Assembly: GCF_056746865.1 (NCBI RefSeq)
Contig: NZ_JBWKMP010000003.1
Reading direction: 5' to 3' (one strand)
DNA length: 64,000 nt
DNA from: a plasmid
Numbering within the stretch: position 1 is the first letter of the stretch; each line of letters starts with the position of its first letter. The notes beneath the pieces were generated by a model. It was not told the DNA's origin. It worked only from the letters and a program-made list of their open reading frames with translations, and did no database searches. Shown here in pieces: positions 63,031 to 64,000 of the stretch. The position numbers and the translations under genes are program-made.

Positions 63031-64000
63031 ATGTCCCAGGAGCTACAGCAATACTTTCTACAGTCCGTTACCATCAACGGAAACAAAGTACCCAGGGAGT
63101 GGATATTCACTGCCGTATATGTGGAAAAGGCAAACCTGCGTGCACCATTGCTGAAACTGGAAATTCACGACATTACCGGCACCATAATTGATGACTGGAA
63201 AACAAAATACGGCGCAGCACTGGTTGCAGAGATGGGAGATCCACAAGGCAATTCAGGCACGTTTAAAACAACTTTTTTCGTAACATCTGCGGTGCTGGCT
63301 GGTGATGTCATCACGGTCATTGCAGTCAGTGAAGACGTTCGGATATTTAAGATCCCCGCCATACGGGCTAACCTGCATACAAATAAAACGCCTGATACCA
63401 TTTTCAAGACGTATACCGGTACACTGAAAATCGCCTCCAGCGCATTGAAACGAAGCTGTACGTACCATCTTTCCGCCGGGGAAAAACCCTCCAAAATGCT
63501 ATCTGAAATGGCCCGCGATAAAGGCGCTTTATGCTGGGCCTGCCGTGGTCAGTTTAACTTTTATACATTAGCTGACCTTATGAAAGCCAAACCATCATTC
63601 ACCTATGAAGGGAACAACCCCAGGGCGGAATACACGATTTCAAAAATGAGGCTTATACAGCAAGAGTATGCCGTTACGGCAAATACTCAGTATCGATTTA
63701 CCGGCTATTCAATGACTGAAGGCTATGTCGAATATGGCGATAGCTCACTTCCAATACGCTATATATCCGATCCGGATATGGAAACTCTGCGCAATATGCA
63801 ATTGTCGCTCGTACCCAAAATGGATATTGAGGTCGCGGGTAATCCCGACATCACGCCGGGAATGGTTATTGAGATCCTCGTGTATCGTTACGACCAGGAA
63901 AATAAGCTGGACGAATCGTTGCCTCGTAAGCTGTTGGTGAAAAACGTAGCCCATTTTGAGGACCGGATCGGCTATACAACACGAATGATATTAGGAGTAC
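63031..64000 (+). CDS. Hypothetical protein, 3' end outside the window (absent from ORF track because no stop is in the window)
   Basis: ATG at 63031 opens a frame that I translated by hand to the window end without a stop. Confidence 0.55.
   Translation, partial: MSQELQQYFLQSVTINGNKVPREWIFTAVYVEKANLRAPLLKLEIHDITGTIIDDWKTKYGAALVAEMGDPQGNSGTFKTTFFVTSAVLAGDVITVIAVSEDVRIFKIPAIRANLHTNKTPDTIFKTYTGTLKIASSALKRSCTYHLSAGEKPSKMLSEMARDKGALCWACRGQFNFYTLADLMKAKPSFTYEGNNPRAEYTISKMRLIQQEYAVTANTQYRFTGYSMTEGYVEYGDSSLPIRYISDPDMETLRNMQLSLVPKMDIEVAGNPDITPGMVIEILVYRYDQENKLDESLPRKLLVKNVAHFEDRIGYTTRMILGV

Overview
This window reads as a mosaic segment of a P1-like temperate phage or phage-plasmid from an enterobacterium, with gene order clearly different from canonical P1. 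All homology calls are by eye and from memory; no database search was run. Recognisable P1-type modules: a tail fibre with its assembly chaperone (10-1978); a lyd/dar-like operon (2439-7587); putative portal and prohead protease (8576-11273); two separate icd/antirepressor (immI-like) modules (12576-13979 and 54640-55966); a 2283-aa DarB-like methyltransferase-helicase (14634-21485); a phage tRNA cluster (26040-26972); PacA/PacB-like terminase with a GATC-hexamer pac-like cluster (28877-31749); a Cre-like recombinase with a perfect 13-8-13 lox-like site (33020-34233); and hot, humD, phd and doc on the minus strand (38227-39665). A lambdoid-style accessory block of ead/Ea22-like genes fills 43941-53150. 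Three toxin-antitoxin pairs are present (hicAB, higBA, phd/doc). The most interesting candidates for something undescribed are (i) a second terminase-like gene pair whose ATPase motifs look degenerate (36298-38191), (ii) repeated DUF2829/Tad2-like domains fused to different N-terminal domains at four loci, next to a dUTPase, (iii) a ~1.3 kb ORF-poor, hairpin-dense stretch plus an aberrant tRNA-like element beside the tRNA cluster, and (iv) a dispersed operator motif (TGTTAGAAAAT / ATTTTCTAACA) at 15 or more intergenic sites that defines a repressor regulon.
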